From Bacteroidota bacterium (GTDB lineage Bacteria > Bacteroidota > Bacteroidia > Flavobacteriales_D > UBA2798), in assembly GCA_049322335.1 (NCBI GenBank), contig JBMORL010000103.1, forward strand, positions 995-64,994: a DNA stretch of 64,000 bases, read 5' to 3'. The notes under the pieces were generated by a model. It was not told the DNA's origin and did not search any database. It saw only the letters and a list, made by a program, of their open reading frames with translations. Below, one piece after another: positions 8,737 to 20,400 of this stretch. Within the stretch, counting starts at the first letter, position 1, and every line of letters begins with the position of its first letter. The position numbers and the translations under genes were made by a program.

Positions 8737-11700
8737 TTACCCTTTCGGCACCGAAGTTTCTACACTGAATTGTGTTTCGGAAATGGGTTTTCCGTTTTTA
8801 AAGTAAGTGTTTCCGCCTTTGTTGATGATCATCAGGTATTCGTAAACGGTGTTCCCTTTTTTCACCATGCGCTGGATAGTAATTTCGGTGGGCTTGCCGT
8901 TTACATCGGTTTTCTGGAATTGCTTTTCGCTCATCAAAACTCCTTTTTCATCGCTGCCCGGGTTGTTGTCCTGGTACTTGAGGTTTTCCATTTTATCCAG
9001 GTTATCGCGGGTTTTTGCGTGGTTGTTGTCGGCAATATCTTTTTGCGAATTGTTACGGGCTTCTTCTTCGGCTTTTAGTTTTTCGTAATTCTTGTTTCCG
9101 TTTTGCGAAAGTTCTCCCTGTTTTGTTGCGATCTCATTTTCAAGGTCGGTAAATTTATCGTTGGTGCTGTTGATCTTATTGGTTTGCGAATTGGCGGCAT
9201 TGCTTTCAAACGAATTTTTATTTTCCGCAATGGTTTTATATTCTTCTACATTTTCCTGGCGTATTTTATCCTGTCCCGCCAGTTGATCGGTTAACTGAAA
9301 CTGGTTAGCGTGAAGTTCTTCTGATTTAGCGTACAGTTTCTGGTCTATGCCTGAACTTAGTTCTCCTTCGGCTACATAACGCGCTTCTTTATAGGCGAGC
9401 AGGTCGTTGGTTTTTTCCTGGCGGGTAATGTCTTGTCCGGATAACTGATCCTGAAGTTTGAAATTCTGTAATACGAGTTCATCGCGTTTATCCAAAATTC
9501 TTCTGTCGGAAGTTCCGCTCAGTTCTCCTTCCAGTTCATAACGGGTTTCCTTATAGGCGAGGAGGTCGTTGGTTTTTTCCTGACGGGTGATATCCTGTCC
9601 GGCTAACTGATCGGTTAACTGGAAATTATCAGCACGCAATTCTTCCGATTTTTCAAAGAGACGTTTGTCTACTCCGTCACTTAATGAATTTTCATGCTGG
9701 TATCTTTCTTCTTTCAGGTTGGCTGTTTGTTCCACTTTTTCCTGGCGCGTTGCATCTTGTCCGGCCAACTGGTCGGTTAACTGGAACTGGTCGGCATGGA
9801 GTTGCTCTGACTTGTTCCAGAGTTTGTTATTAATGTCTCCGCTCAATTCTCCTTCGGCAATGTATCTTTCTTCTTTTAATGTTTTCAGTTCCTGTACATT
9901 TTCCTGCCGCGTGCGGTCTTGTCCGGCTAACGAATACTCCAGTTCAATTTTTTGTTGTGTAAAGTTATTATGGGTTTCCATAATTCTTTTGTTGTAATCG
10001 TTACTTAGTTCGCTTTCGGCTACGTAACGTTCTTCCTTAAAATTGCTGAACTCGGTTACATTATCAACGCGAATGGCTTCACCGTTAGTTCCGATAATGG
10101 AAAGATTTTCTTTGGTTTCAATAAAGGTGGTGTGATTTTCAAAACGTTTGGTGTCCTGGTTCAATGCATTGTTCATCTGGCTCAGTTCCTTGTTGAGTTT
10201 CACCTGGTCAACAGCTTCGGTATTGGCCTGGCTGTCGTCAAGGTTTTTCTCCACCATCATGCGTTGGGCTTCTTCAATGGAAATATTTACCGGTTTACCG
10301 TAATAATCTTCTTTTACGATAGGATTATTCAGCGCCATTTCCTGTTTTTTCTTCAGCTCGGCCGCAATGCGTGCATCTTCCAGTTCTTTCATCAGCCGGT
10401 CAATTTCCTCAATGCGTTTGCGTGGAAATTCCTGTTCGGGTTTAAGGTCTGAGGCTTTTACATAATACTCACGTGCTTTTTTATAATTTTCTGTATTGAA
10501 ATTATTGTTGGCTTGTGTGATCAGTGAGTTGTATGAGTTGGCTTCAATAGTCCCTTTATTTTCTTCCAGCAGCATTTTGTCAATGAGTGCAATCTGGTCT
10601 TTGGGATAGATTTCTTCTTTTTTAAATTTTAATGCACGTGTATAAAGATCACGGGCGTCTTTTAATTTTTTATCGTTAAAGTTTCCATCTGCTGCTTTGA
10701 TGATGAGTGCATATTGTTCGTCAATGAAGGCAATAGCAGCTTCTTTTTCTTTTTTCGCCTTGGCCAGCATTTTTTCTGCTTCAGCATCTCCGGGTTTGGC
10801 ATTCAAAGCACCTTCAAAATTGGTGATGGCATCATCCCATTGTGTGGCGTTGTAATTGGTCATTCCCTTATTCATGAATTCAAGATAAAGTGCTTCGGCT
10901 CCCTTGTTTTTCTCGTATTCTTCTTTTCTTCTTTTAGCTTCTGCAATTTTTTCGTCAGGTAATGTCTCGGTGGGTAATACTATTTTTGCCGCTTCGAAAG
11001 TGGAAATGGATTTATCGAACTCGTTTGCGTTTAATTCCTTGTCACCTTTTTTCATCAGTTCGGCATACTGTTGTTTTTTGGCAGCAAGGTCGGCAAGGTC
11101 TTTTAATTTTTCTTCTATCTCTATCAGCCTGTTTTTCGGATAGGGATCGTTGGGTTTTAATTGTTTGGCTCTTTCGTATAATGTTTTGGCTTCGGCATAA
11201 TTGGCTTCATCAAAGTATTTGTTGGCTACATTGATGATGTCGTTATACATTTTTTCTTTTTCCTCGTTGGTTTTCGCCTGTAATTTTTCATTGGCAAGAT
11301 TGATCTGATCCTGCGGATATTTTTCGGTGGGTTTTACTTTCAGTGCTTCTTTATAAATTTCTTTCGAGGCTTCGTATTCACCGGCATTGAATTGGGCATC
11401 AGCACGGCCGATGATCTCGTTGTATTTTGCGTCTAACTCTTTGTTTTTAGCCTGGGCATCTTTCAATGCTTTTGCTTTTACAATCTGTTCGGCAGGATAT
11501 TTTTCGTTTTTCTTCAGGCCCAGCGCAGATTCGTAATTGGAAATTGCATTATCGTAATCAGCATTCGAAAAAGCGGTATTGGCATCGTCAATAAATTTTT
11601 TATAATTGGCGTCTTCATCCATTTTCAGTTTTGCCTTTTCTATCTGGTCTTTGGGATATTTTTCATCGAGAATAGCCAGTGCAGCATTATAGGAGTTGAT

Positions 11701-14514
11701 AGATTCATTATATTTTGCAGTATTGAATTCGCCATCGGCTTTTAAAATAGCAGCATCATATTTCTTTTTCTTTTCGGCATAGGCAGCATCTTCCAGTTGT
11801 TTTTTCTTTATCGCTTCTTCAGCAGCTTTGATCTGGTTTTTGGGATATTCATCCGATTTTTTGAGATTGGAGGCGATAGTATAATGTTCTATCGCTTCTT
11901 TATAATTTCCTTTATTGAATTCTTCATCGGCTACTTTTATTCGTGCAGCATATTGCTGGTTCAGGAAGTCTTCTTTTTCTTTCAAACGCTGTTGAGCCAG
12001 TTCAATTCTTTCAGTAGCGTGTTTGTCATTTTCTTTATAAGAAAGCGCTTGTGTGTAATCGTCAATAGCCAATTTAAAATCGCCTGCATCAAATTCCTTA
12101 TCGGCTTTAGCGATAAATTCCTTGTATTTGGCATCTTTCTCAGCGGCTGCCATTTTCAATGCATCTTCTTCAGCTTTTTTCGCTTTGGCGGCTGTAATCT
12201 GGTCGTTGGGATATTTGTCGGTTTTTATTTTCAGCGCTTCCTGGTATTTGGTAATGGCATTGTCCCATTTCGAACTATTAAATTCTTTATCTGCGGCAGT
12301 TATCAGGTTGTTATACTGTTGGTCTTTGGCTTTGGCCAATGCATCATCTTCTTTTCCTTTTCTCGCTTTGGCCAGCTGATCCTGCGGGTATTTATCAGCT
12401 TTTATTTTTAAAGCTGCCTCGTAATTGGTAATGGCATTGTCATAATCTTTTCCATTCAGCGCATCATCGCCTTTTTGTACCAGGGTTTTGAAATCTGATT
12501 CCTTTGCCAGTTCGTCTTTTGCTTTTTGTATCTGGTCTTTGGGAAGCTGTTCGTCTTTCAGTGTCAGTGCTTCTTCGTACTTTGCAATGGCTTCGTTGTA
12601 TTTTTTGGCAGTGAAATCGGCATTGGCTTTGGTGATGATGTCGTTGTATTTTTTATCCAGCTCGGCTTTATTTTTTGCCAGTTCTTCTTCTTCTTTAATT
12701 TTTGCCCTTGCAGCTATAATCTGGTCTTTTGGATATTGCTCGGTGGGAATTATTTTTCCTGCCGCTTCATAACCGGTAATGGCTTTGGCCCAGTTTTTTG
12801 CATTGAAATCGGCATCGGCAATGGCCAGGGCAGCATCATATTGTTCTTTCAGTTTTTTCTTCGCTTCTTCATCTTTGGCCAGATCTTCTTCCTTTTTCTT
12901 TTCGGCTTTGGCTTTTGCAATTTGTTCTCCGGGATATTTTTCCGTGGGTTTTAATTTTTGAGCAGCTTCATAATTGGATATTGATTTATCCCATTGTTTG
13001 TTTCCGAAATCGCCATCGGCCTTATCAATTAGTTCTTTATAATCTTTTTCCAGTTTTTCCTTTGCTTCATTGGCTTTGGCAAGGTCCTCAGCATCCTTTT
13101 TTAATTTTTTTGCCTTCTCAATTTGGGCCGGAGGATAGGTTTCTTTCGGTTTGAGGACTAAAGCAGCTTCGTAAGTGGCAATGGATTTATCGTATTCTGC
13201 ACCGGCTAATTCACCGTCTGCTTTTTTAATGAGTTCCGCATATTCCTTGTCAATTCTCTCTTTTTCTATCCTGTCTTTTTCTGCAGTAAGGGCTTCTTCG
13301 TTTTTCTTTTTGGCAATTTCTATTTGCGATTTCGGATAAGGATCGTCTTTTATATTCAAAGCACCTTCATAGCCTTTAATGGCTGCTTCATATTTTCCTG
13401 CTTTAAAATCTACATCGGCTTGTTTAATAAGACTGGTGTATTCAGCTTCTTTTTTTCCGATGGCATCTTTTTCTGCTTTTGCTTTTGCTTCCAGGTCTTT
13501 GGGTTCCTGCTCGGCAGGTTTTAATTTTCCGGCATCCTGGAAACTTTTTATGGCAGCATCATATTGTTTATCGAGTAATTGTTTGTTTCCTGTGGCTAAA
13601 AGTTCATTGTATTTTTTATCGGCTTCAAGCTGTGCCGCTATTAATCCGTCTATTTCGTTAATTCTTTTGGTGGGATGCGGATCGGTTTTTATTTTCAGTG
13701 CTTCCTGGTATTGTGTTTTTGCAAAAGCATAATCCTTGGTGGCAAATGCTTTGTCGGCTTTGTCAATAAATTCTTTATATAGTTGCTCTTTATTTTTATT
13801 GGCTTCAAATTCTTTTTGTTTGTTTTTTGTGGCTTCCAGCTTTGTTGTTACAGCGGGATCATCTTTTATTTTCAATGCTTCGGTGTAACTATTGATGGCA
13901 GTATTGAAATCGGGACTTGTCAATGCAGCAGCTTTATCTCCTGCGGCTACCAGTTCATTGAATTTTTTATCGGCCTCTTCGTTTTTCTTTTTGTCCTGCT
14001 CTACTTTTGCAAGCAGCTTATTGAGTTCGTCAATGTATTTATCGGTGACTTTAAAATCCCAGTTAAGGTCCTGTGTTTTTTTATCAAAACGTATTTGACC
14101 CGTTGGCAGATTTTCGAGAGTGGTAACGATAGAAGAAATAGTGGGATCGGGATTTTTTGGTTGTTCTACCAATGTCATGTCCAATGGTATATCCTGTCCT
14201 TTTTCGTATTGGTATTCGGTGGGAATTCCGGTCAGATCTACATCAATGTAACGGGGAATAAACCCGGGTTGCCTGAAAACGATAGTATACTTGGCATCCA
14301 GTTCCAGTTCCAGTTTAAATTTTCCATTTCCACCCGAGGTTTTATTGGCAACAGTAGAACCGTTTTTCTTTACCTCAATAGCCACCCCGCTCATGGCCTG
14401 GCCGGTTACTTTATTGGAAACTTTTCCATCTACAAATCCATATACTTTCCCCTGCGACCATGCCAAATGGCCGGTAAATAACATTAAAGCAATAATAATC
14501 AGGCGTTTAGCCAT
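8737..14514 (-). CDS. Giant secreted TPR/coiled-coil repeat protein with an N-terminal carboxypeptidase-regulatory-like beta domain
   Basis: Likely start ATG 14514 (MAKRLIIIALMLFTGHLAWS signal peptide; track start 14568). 20 repeats of YxxxIxxADxxF...YxxAIxxYxxALxxK...YPxxQI and five 54-aa LAGQDxTRQE repeats. Confidence 0.85.
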   Translation of the reverse strand: MAKRLIIIALMLFTGHLAWSQGKVYGFVDGKVSNKVTGQAMSGVAIEVKKNGSTVANKTSGGNGKFKLELELDAKYTIVFRQPGFIPRYIDVDLTGIPTEYQYEKGQDIPLDMTLVEQPKNPDPTISSIVTTLENLPTGQIRFDKKTQDLNWDFKVTDKYIDELNKLLAKVEQDKKKNEEADKKFNELVAAGDKAAALTSPDFNTAINSYTEALKIKDDPAVTTKLEATKNKQKEFEANKNKEQLYKEFIDKADKAFATKDYAFAKTQYQEALKIKTDPHPTKRINEIDGLIAAQLEADKKYNELLATGNKQLLDKQYDAAIKSFQDAGKLKPAEQEPKDLEAKAKAEKDAIGKKEAEYTSLIKQADVDFKAGKYEAAIKGYEGALNIKDDPYPKSQIEIAKKKNEEALTAEKDRIEKERIDKEYAELIKKADGELAGAEYDKSIATYEAALVLKPKETYPPAQIEKAKKLKKDAEDLAKANEAKEKLEKDYKELIDKADGDFGNKQWDKSISNYEAAQKLKPTEKYPGEQIAKAKAEKKKEEDLAKDEEAKKKLKEQYDAALAIADADFNAKNWAKAITGYEAAGKIIPTEQYPKDQIIAARAKIKEEEELAKNKAELDKKYNDIITKANADFTAKKYNEAIAKYEEALTLKDEQLPKDQIQKAKDELAKESDFKTLVQKGDDALNGKDYDNAITNYEAALKIKADKYPQDQLAKARKGKEDDALAKAKDQQYNNLITAADKEFNSSKWDNAITKYQEALKIKTDKYPNDQITAAKAKKAEEDALKMAAAEKDAKYKEFIAKADKEFDAGDFKLAIDDYTQALSYKENDKHATERIELAQQRLKEKEDFLNQQYAARIKVADEEFNKGNYKEAIEHYTIASNLKKSDEYPKNQIKAAEEAIKKKQLEDAAYAEKKKKYDAAILKADGEFNTAKYNESINSYNAALAILDEKYPKDQIEKAKLKMDEDANYKKFIDDANTAFSNADYDNAISNYESALGLKKNEKYPAEQIVKAKALKDAQAKNKELDAKYNEIIGRADAQFNAGEYEASKEIYKEALKVKPTEKYPQDQINLANEKLQAKTNEEKEKMYNDIINVANKYFDEANYAEAKTLYERAKQLKPNDPYPKNRLIEIEEKLKDLADLAAKKQQYAELMKKGDKELNANEFDKSISTFEAAKIVLPTETLPDEKIAEAKRRKEEYEKNKGAEALYLEFMNKGMTNYNATQWDDAITNFEGALNAKPGDAEAEKMLAKAKKEKEAAIAFIDEQYALIIKAADGNFNDKKLKDARDLYTRALKFKKEEIYPKDQIALIDKMLLEENKGTIEANSYNSLITQANNNFNTENYKKAREYYVKASDLKPEQEFPRKRIEEIDRLMKELEDARIAAELKKKQEMALNNPIVKEDYYGKPVNISIEEAQRMMVEKNLDDSQANTEAVDQVKLNKELSQMNNALNQDTKRFENHTTFIETKENLSIIGTNGEAIRVDNVTEFSNFKEERYVAESELSNDYNKRIMETHNNFTQQKIELEYSLAGQDRTRQENVQELKTLKEERYIAEGELSGDINNKLWNKSEQLHADQFQLTDQLAGQDATRQEKVEQTANLKEERYQHENSLSDGVDKRLFEKSEELRADNFQLTDQLAGQDITRQEKTNDLLAYKETRYELEGELSGTSDRRILDKRDELVLQNFKLQDQLSGQDITRQEKTNDLLAYKEARYVAEGELSSGIDQKLYAKSEELHANQFQLTDQLAGQDKIRQENVEEYKTIAENKNSFESNAANSQTNKINSTNDKFTDLENEIATKQGELSQNGNKNYEKLKAEEEARNNSQKDIADNNHAKTRDNLDKMENLKYQDNNPGSDEKGVLMSEKQFQKTDVNGKPTEITIQRMVKKGNTVYEYLMIINKGGNTYFKNGKPISETQFSVETSVPKG

Positions 14515-14644
14515 ATTGCAAAAGGGGTTTATTAAATAACTGTACACTTTACTACCTCCGGGGTTCAACTGAAGTCATACAAATATCGTGAAAATTTCTC
14601 TATGTTTAGGCCCTTGTCTCACCCCCTGATATTTAACCGGAAAA

Positions 14645-15778
14645 ATGCAATTAAGTTACTGGGAAAAAGAGAGTTTTTTTGAACAGGTGGATGCCTGTGT
14701 GATCGGAAGTGGCATTGTAGGACTTTCTGCCGCTATCGAACTAAAGAAAATTCGTCAGGATTGGAATGTTTTGGTACTGGAAAGAGGTTTTTTGCCTTAT
14801 GGAGCCAGTACACGCAATGCAGGATTTGCCTGTTTTGGCAGCGTTACCGAGTTGCAGGACGATCTTTTGAAACAAAGTGAAAAAGATGTTTTTTCGCTGG
14901 TGGAATGGCGTTGGAAGGGATTACAAAACCTGAGAAATTTATTGGGAGATGAAAACATCGGTTTTTGCCTTTGCGGAGGTTATGAGCTGTTTACCACCAA
15001 AGATGAATTTGAAAAAGCGTACGTTTCTGTCCATGAATTTAATCGCATTTGTGAAAATATTATTGGTAAGGAGGTTTATTCGGATGCTTCACAAAAAATA
15101 AACGATTTTGGATTTAAAAATGTATCAGGAATGATCCTTAACCGTTATGAAGCGCAGGTAAATACAGGGAAAATGATGAAAAACCTGCTGAAACTGGCTT
15201 ACGCAAGCGGGGTGACCGTTATGAACGGGGTGGATGTGGAAACTATAAACGGGAAATCAGTAAAACTAAAAAATGGAATTGTTTTTGATGCCGGAAAAAT
15301 TATCATAACGGTAAACGGATTTGCGAAACAATTTTTGCCTGAACTGGATGTGGAGCCCGCCCGTGCACAGGTGCTGGTAACTTCCGAAATAAATGACCTG
15401 CCGTTCGAAGGCACTTTTCATTATGAAAAGGGCTATTATTATTTCCGAAATGTGGGTAAACGCGTACTTTTTGGCGGAGGAAGAAATCTCGATTTTGACG
15501 GGGAACGTACAACGGACATGGGACAAACATTGCCCATCCAAAACCAACTGGAGTCGTTACTTCGCGGGATGATTTTGCCTGGAAAAGAATATAAAATTGA
15601 ACAGCGCTGGAGTGGCATTATGGGAGTGGGTTCTACCCGGAGTCCTATTGTGAAACAAATCAGTGAAAACTTGTTTTGCGCAGTGAGAATGGGAGGAATG
15701 GGAGTGGCTATCGGATCGTTGGTAGGGAAGGAAGTGGCGGAGTTAACAGCCGGCAGTGACAGTAGACAGTGGCAGTAG
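14645..15778 (+). CDS. FAD-dependent oxidoreductase, DAO/glycine-oxidase (PuuB-like) family
   Basis: VIGSGIVGLS dinucleotide-binding motif, VLERG..PYGASTRNAGF, RWSGIMG, MGGMGVAIG. Confidence 0.88.
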   Translation: MQLSYWEKESFFEQVDACVIGSGIVGLSAAIELKKIRQDWNVLVLERGFLPYGASTRNAGFACFGSVTELQDDLLKQSEKDVFSLVEWRWKGLQNLRNLLGDENIGFCLCGGYELFTTKDEFEKAYVSVHEFNRICENIIGKEVYSDASQKINDFGFKNVSGMILNRYEAQVNTGKMMKNLLKLAYASGVTVMNGVDVETINGKSVKLKNGIVFDAGKIIITVNGFAKQFLPELDVEPARAQVLVTSEINDLPFEGTFHYEKGYYYFRNVGKRVLFGGGRNLDFDGERTTDMGQTLPIQNQLESLLRGMILPGKEYKIEQRWSGIMGVGSTRSPIVKQISENLFCAVRMGGMGVAIGSLVGKEVAELTAGSDSRQWQ

Positions 15779-15842
15779 GGAGTTCTCAGGCTTTTGTCTA
15801 ACATCTAACACCACGCCAGTGCGCGTGGCAAGTCTAACATCT
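15752..15842. repeat. Short-period (6/7-mer) tandem repeats with an embedded 22-bp palindrome
   Basis: GGCAGT GACAGTA GACAGT GGCAGTA GGGAGT, then TCTAACA TCTAACA [CCACGCCAGTGCGCGTGGCAAG] TCTAACA TCT. Confidence 0.7.
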
Positions 15843-15847
15843 CTTCC

Positions 15848-15855
15848 TATCTTTG
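15848..15855 (+). promoter_or_regulatory. Bacteroidota -7 promoter box
   Basis: TATCTTTG matches TAnnTTTG, 5 bp before the CDF ATG at 15861. Confidence 0.55.
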
Positions 15856-15860
15856 CTTAA

Positions 15861-16832
15861 ATGAAAAATCTCAGCCTCCAGTTCATTATTCTGGTTACCG
15901 GCATTTTGTTGCTGGTGATAAAATTTATTGCCTGGTGGCTTACTTCTTCCAATGCTATTTTAACCGATGCCAGTGAGAGTATTGTGAATGTGGTGGCGGG
16001 CGCTTTTGCCCTGTACAGTTTATGGCTCTCACAAAAACCGCGCGACCTCGATCATCCCTACGGACATGGAAAAATAGAATACATCTCAGCGGGAATAGAA
16101 GGAGCGCTTATAACGGTAGCCGGACTTACGATGATCGGAAAGGCTTCATGGAACTTTTTTTATCCTGTAGAACTTACTCATCTTGATACAGGTATCATCC
16201 TGGCCGGTTTCAGCGGACTGGTGAATTTTGTTATGGGTTGGATGTTGGTGAAAAGATCGGAAAAGAAAAACAATCTTATCATGAATGCCAGCGGAAAACA
16301 CCTGCTTTCGGATGCACTGTCCAGCGCTGGAATGATCGCAGGATTACTGGTGATGTTGTTTACGGATATGTTTTGGCTGGATAATGTGATTGCTGTCACT
16401 TTTGGACTTCTTATCATTTATATGGGAATAAAGCTGGTGCGCAGTTCGCTGAAAGGCGTGATGGACGAATCGGATGAAAAACTATTGAAACAGATTATTT
16501 CATCACTCGATAAAAACAGGCAGCCACAATGGATCGACCTGCATAATGTACGCGTGATAAAATACGGAGAAACACTGCATGTGGATTGCCATGTTACACT
16601 TCCCTGGTATATTTCATTAAAGGAAGCGCACGATGAAGTGGAAGCTATTGAACAGGCGGTAAACAAAGAGTCGGAAATGAATGTTGAATTTTTCATTCAC
16701 TCCGACCCTTGTATTCCATCCTCGTGTTCGGTATGCCAGCTCACTCAATGCCACCACCGTAAGCAGGCGTTCAAACAACGGATAGAATGGAACATCAGTA
16801 CCGCTCTTCAGAACCTGAAACACTCTGCCTGA
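15861..16832 (+). CDS. Cation diffusion facilitator (FieF-like) metal transporter
   Basis: Six TM segments; SNAILTDASES, DLDHPYGHGKIE, HLLSD, and a C-terminal HVDCH...AHDEV...FIHSDP dimerisation domain. Confidence 0.92.
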   Translation: MKNLSLQFIILVTGILLLVIKFIAWWLTSSNAILTDASESIVNVVAGAFALYSLWLSQKPRDLDHPYGHGKIEYISAGIEGALITVAGLTMIGKASWNFFYPVELTHLDTGIILAGFSGLVNFVMGWMLVKRSEKKNNLIMNASGKHLLSDALSSAGMIAGLLVMLFTDMFWLDNVIAVTFGLLIIYMGIKLVRSSLKGVMDESDEKLLKQIISSLDKNRQPQWIDLHNVRVIKYGETLHVDCHVTLPWYISLKEAHDEVEAIEQAVNKESEMNVEFFIHSDPCIPSSCSVCQLTQCHHRKQAFKQRIEWNISTALQNLKHSA

Positions 16833-16833
16833 A

Positions 16834-17043
16834 TCAGGCTTTTCTCAGCGGACAGGTGGTTATTCCGAATAATGCATAAAGCGGACAAAAACCGGAAAAA
16901 CTGGTGAGAACAAATACTCCGCTTATGATTAATGCAATTATTCCCAATGTTCCCGGGATTACGTTTGTAACAAACAATGCTGCCAAAACCAAAGCAATCA
17001 TCAACCGTATTGCCCTGTCTGAACCACCTAAATTCTTTTTCAT
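16834..17043 (-). CDS. DUF2892 (YgaP-like) small membrane protein
   Basis: MKKNLGGSDRAIRL...GFCPLYALFGITTC signature. Confidence 0.88.
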   Translation of the reverse strand: MKKNLGGSDRAIRLMIALVLAALFVTNVIPGTLGIIALIISGVFVLTSFSGFCPLYALFGITTCPLRKA

Positions 17044-17449
17044 AATTATTTAATTTATTTGATTCAAAGGTCAGCGAAGTTCAGTAAAGAAAAATTGACC
17101 TGGGACGTAAAACAGACTGATCTTAATCAGCAGTTTTAGATTTTGACTTTTATGCGGAACTGCATTTTTTACCTGGTAACAGAATGAAACATCGGATTAT
17201 TGATTAATAAACTTATTAACGCTGAACAAAATTTTGAAAGGGTATCTGATCATCAAAAACCTTTAATATTTAACATTAAGGTGAAAAAAATTGCATTTTT
17301 CATTGAATACCAGTCGATTAAATAAATCGATTAATCTGTTTAAAATCCTGCTTGATCGGGGCTTTCACCTTGTTTATCAAAATATGCCGAAAATCAGCTG
17401 TTTTAACGGTAAATACCCTTAATTTTAGTATCTCCAACCCAGGCCCAGA

Positions 17450-20400
17450 ATGCGAAAACCACTACTGATTATTGCTTTTATTATTTTCAGTTTATCTGCC
17501 AACGAACTTTTTTCGCAGAGTGTGGCCAATTATGCTGTAACACGTACTACAGGAATCACCTATTCATCCATTAGTTCAACCGGAAATGCTGTTCCCAGCT
17601 GGAGAAATAACGGAGCCTTTTCGCAGGATGATAACCGAAGTAATTTTATTGATATTGGTTTTGATTTCTGGTATGACGGAACCCGTTATACACAGTTTTC
17701 TGTTTCCACCAATGGTTTTGTGGATTTTTCAACTTCAACTGATGACGGAGGGCCTCAGGCTGATGATTTTGGTTATGCCAATGCCGCTTTTTCCACCTCA
17801 CTGGCAGCTAACGCTACGCGGCCTGCCTTAGCCCCGTTTTATGATGACATGACGGCTCAGGGTGGAGTTGATCCACTGGGGACAAGTGTCAAATACCTGC
17901 TTTCAGGAACTGCTCCTAATCGTGTACTCACGATTGAGTGGATCAATATGGCTGTATATTTAAATACCACTCCCAGCCTCAACTTCCAGGTAAAACTTTA
18001 TGAAAAAACAGGCGTGATCGAATACGTGTATGGCACAATGACACAGGGAACGCACACATTCAGTTATACCTGTGGAATTAACGCACCAACGGTAGGACTA
18101 CCCCCCACAGCAGCACAATTAAAAACACAACAAACCGCCAATACCACTACGTTTACCAATACGGCCCAAAATAATCTTTCCACGTTACCTGCCAATAATT
18201 CACGAATTACTTTTACTCCCCCGGTGCCTGCTGATCCTGCCGGTTCACTTACTTTTTCTGCTGTAACAGCCACCTCCATGACAGTAAACTGGACCGATTG
18301 GGCAACTAACGAGGTGGGGTATGCTGTTTATAATTCTACAGATGGAATTAATTATTATTTTGTAACGCAGGTAGCAGCCGGCAGCAATAATACCAATGTC
18401 ACCGGACTTTGGCCTTCCACGCTTTATTACTGGCAGGTGTATGCTGTAACAGAAGGAGCAGTAAGCAATGCCAAAACAGGAAATCAATCCACTTCTGCGG
18501 CCGGAAATAAATTATCCAATATTGCCAATGGAAGCTGGAGTAATGCAGCTCACTGGACTCCTGTTGGTGTTCCCACTGCTGCAGATAATGTCACCATTCA
18601 AAACGGACATATTATGACCATTGATACCGATCCGGTTTGCAATGATTTGACAATAGGACAGGGAACCACCGGAACTTTGCGTATCGGAAATAACAATACA
18701 GCACGGACACTTACAGTTAATGGTAATATTTCTGTCATTGCTGGCGGAAGCTTTACAGTGAACGGAGCATCCAATGCAACACATACCATGAATTTTAAAG
18801 GAAAAATTAATAATAACGGAATTTTAAATATGGCCACAGATGGCAACAGCTTGTGTAATATCAATTTCAATCGTGTAAATACTCAAACTATACAAGGTTC
18901 TGGTGCAATCAATAATTTTAACCGTATTACTTTAAATATTGGTACAGGGAGTTCAGACCTGCTGGATGTTACTTCAGTTGTATTTACAGCACCAGTCGAT
19001 TTTCTTACGCTTAATTCCGGGACTTTCCGTTTGCAAAATACAGCAGCCACCAATTTAACAGTAGCCAGCGCTAACGGAACATTTACTCTTCCTTCCAAAA
19101 CAGGAATTTGGATCAATAATGCAAATGCCACAGTAAATTTTAACGGTAGTGTTCAACTGGATGGAACTTTGCGGTTGACATCAGGAACTGTTAATTCAGG
19201 CAATGGCCCTGATGAAAACATTATTTCCAATGGGGGAATTTTAGTAGTGGAAGGCGGAACACTGAATGTGGCCGGAAGATATTATAATACAAATATTAAT
19301 ACTTTGTCGCGATTCACTATAACGGGCGGCACACTGATTGTTCCTACTTCTTCTACAACAGCAACAGGACAATCTCCTTTTTATATTGATAGCCCCGGTG
19401 CTACCTATACCATGACTGGAGGAACTATAATTGTAAGAAACGAAGGCGGACTTGGCCCGCAAAATCTAGGATTTACTGTAACAGGTGTTTCTTCAAGCAC
19501 TGTAACAGGCGGAACATTACAGATTGGAAGTGCATCTACTTCTCCCAATCAAACCATTTCCATCAATAGTATAGTCCCCGTAGGAAATCTTCATGTGAAT
19601 TCAGTTAATGCAACAGGTCAACTGGTAACCAATAATCTTACCGTAGTAAATGACGTGACCGTTACCACCGGAACATTAAATGCCAATAACCTTAATATAA
19701 CTTTAGGTGGCGACTGGTCGCAGTACTCCACTTTTATTCCCGGAACAGGAACTGTAACTTTTAATAATTCAGCTGCATCTGTAGTTACCGGAACCGTCCC
19801 AATTACTTATAATAATCTTACAATTGCAGGAACAAGTACAGTAACCGCCAACCGCGACCTTACCTTGAATGGAAACTTTACTATTTCCAGCGGTACATTT
19901 GATGTGAGTGCCGGCAATTATACACTCGACATCAACCGCAACTGGGTGAATAACGGAACATTTACCGAACAACAGGGAACGGTTATGTTTACCGGCACGC
20001 TTCCCCAAACACTCAGCGGAACTTCATCTACACGGTTTTTTAATCAAACCAATAACAATACAGCCGGAATTTCTGTTACCAGCGGCACTTATTCATTGCT
20101 AAATGCACTTACATTAACCAATGGAGACTTTAATGTTACAGGCGCCACTTCCTATACATTGCTTTCTGATGCAACGCGTACTTCGCGCATTGCACCTGTA
20201 GCAGCTACGGCAGGAATTACCGGAAATATGATTATTGAAAGATATATTTCATCCCGTGTTGCCGGGTATTCTGAATTTGGTTCTCCTGTTAATTCCACTA
20301 CTATTGGTGACTGGGATAACGAATTGCTGCTGGTATATGTGTATAATCCTCCAGCGGCTTATCCTTCTGTTTATTCATATAGTGAAACACTTTGGGATTA

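Noticed and set aside
8647-14539. Many plus-strand ORFs of 60-232 aa rich in F/S/L
   Set aside because: Antisense shadows of the K/E/A-rich repeat gene on the minus strand.
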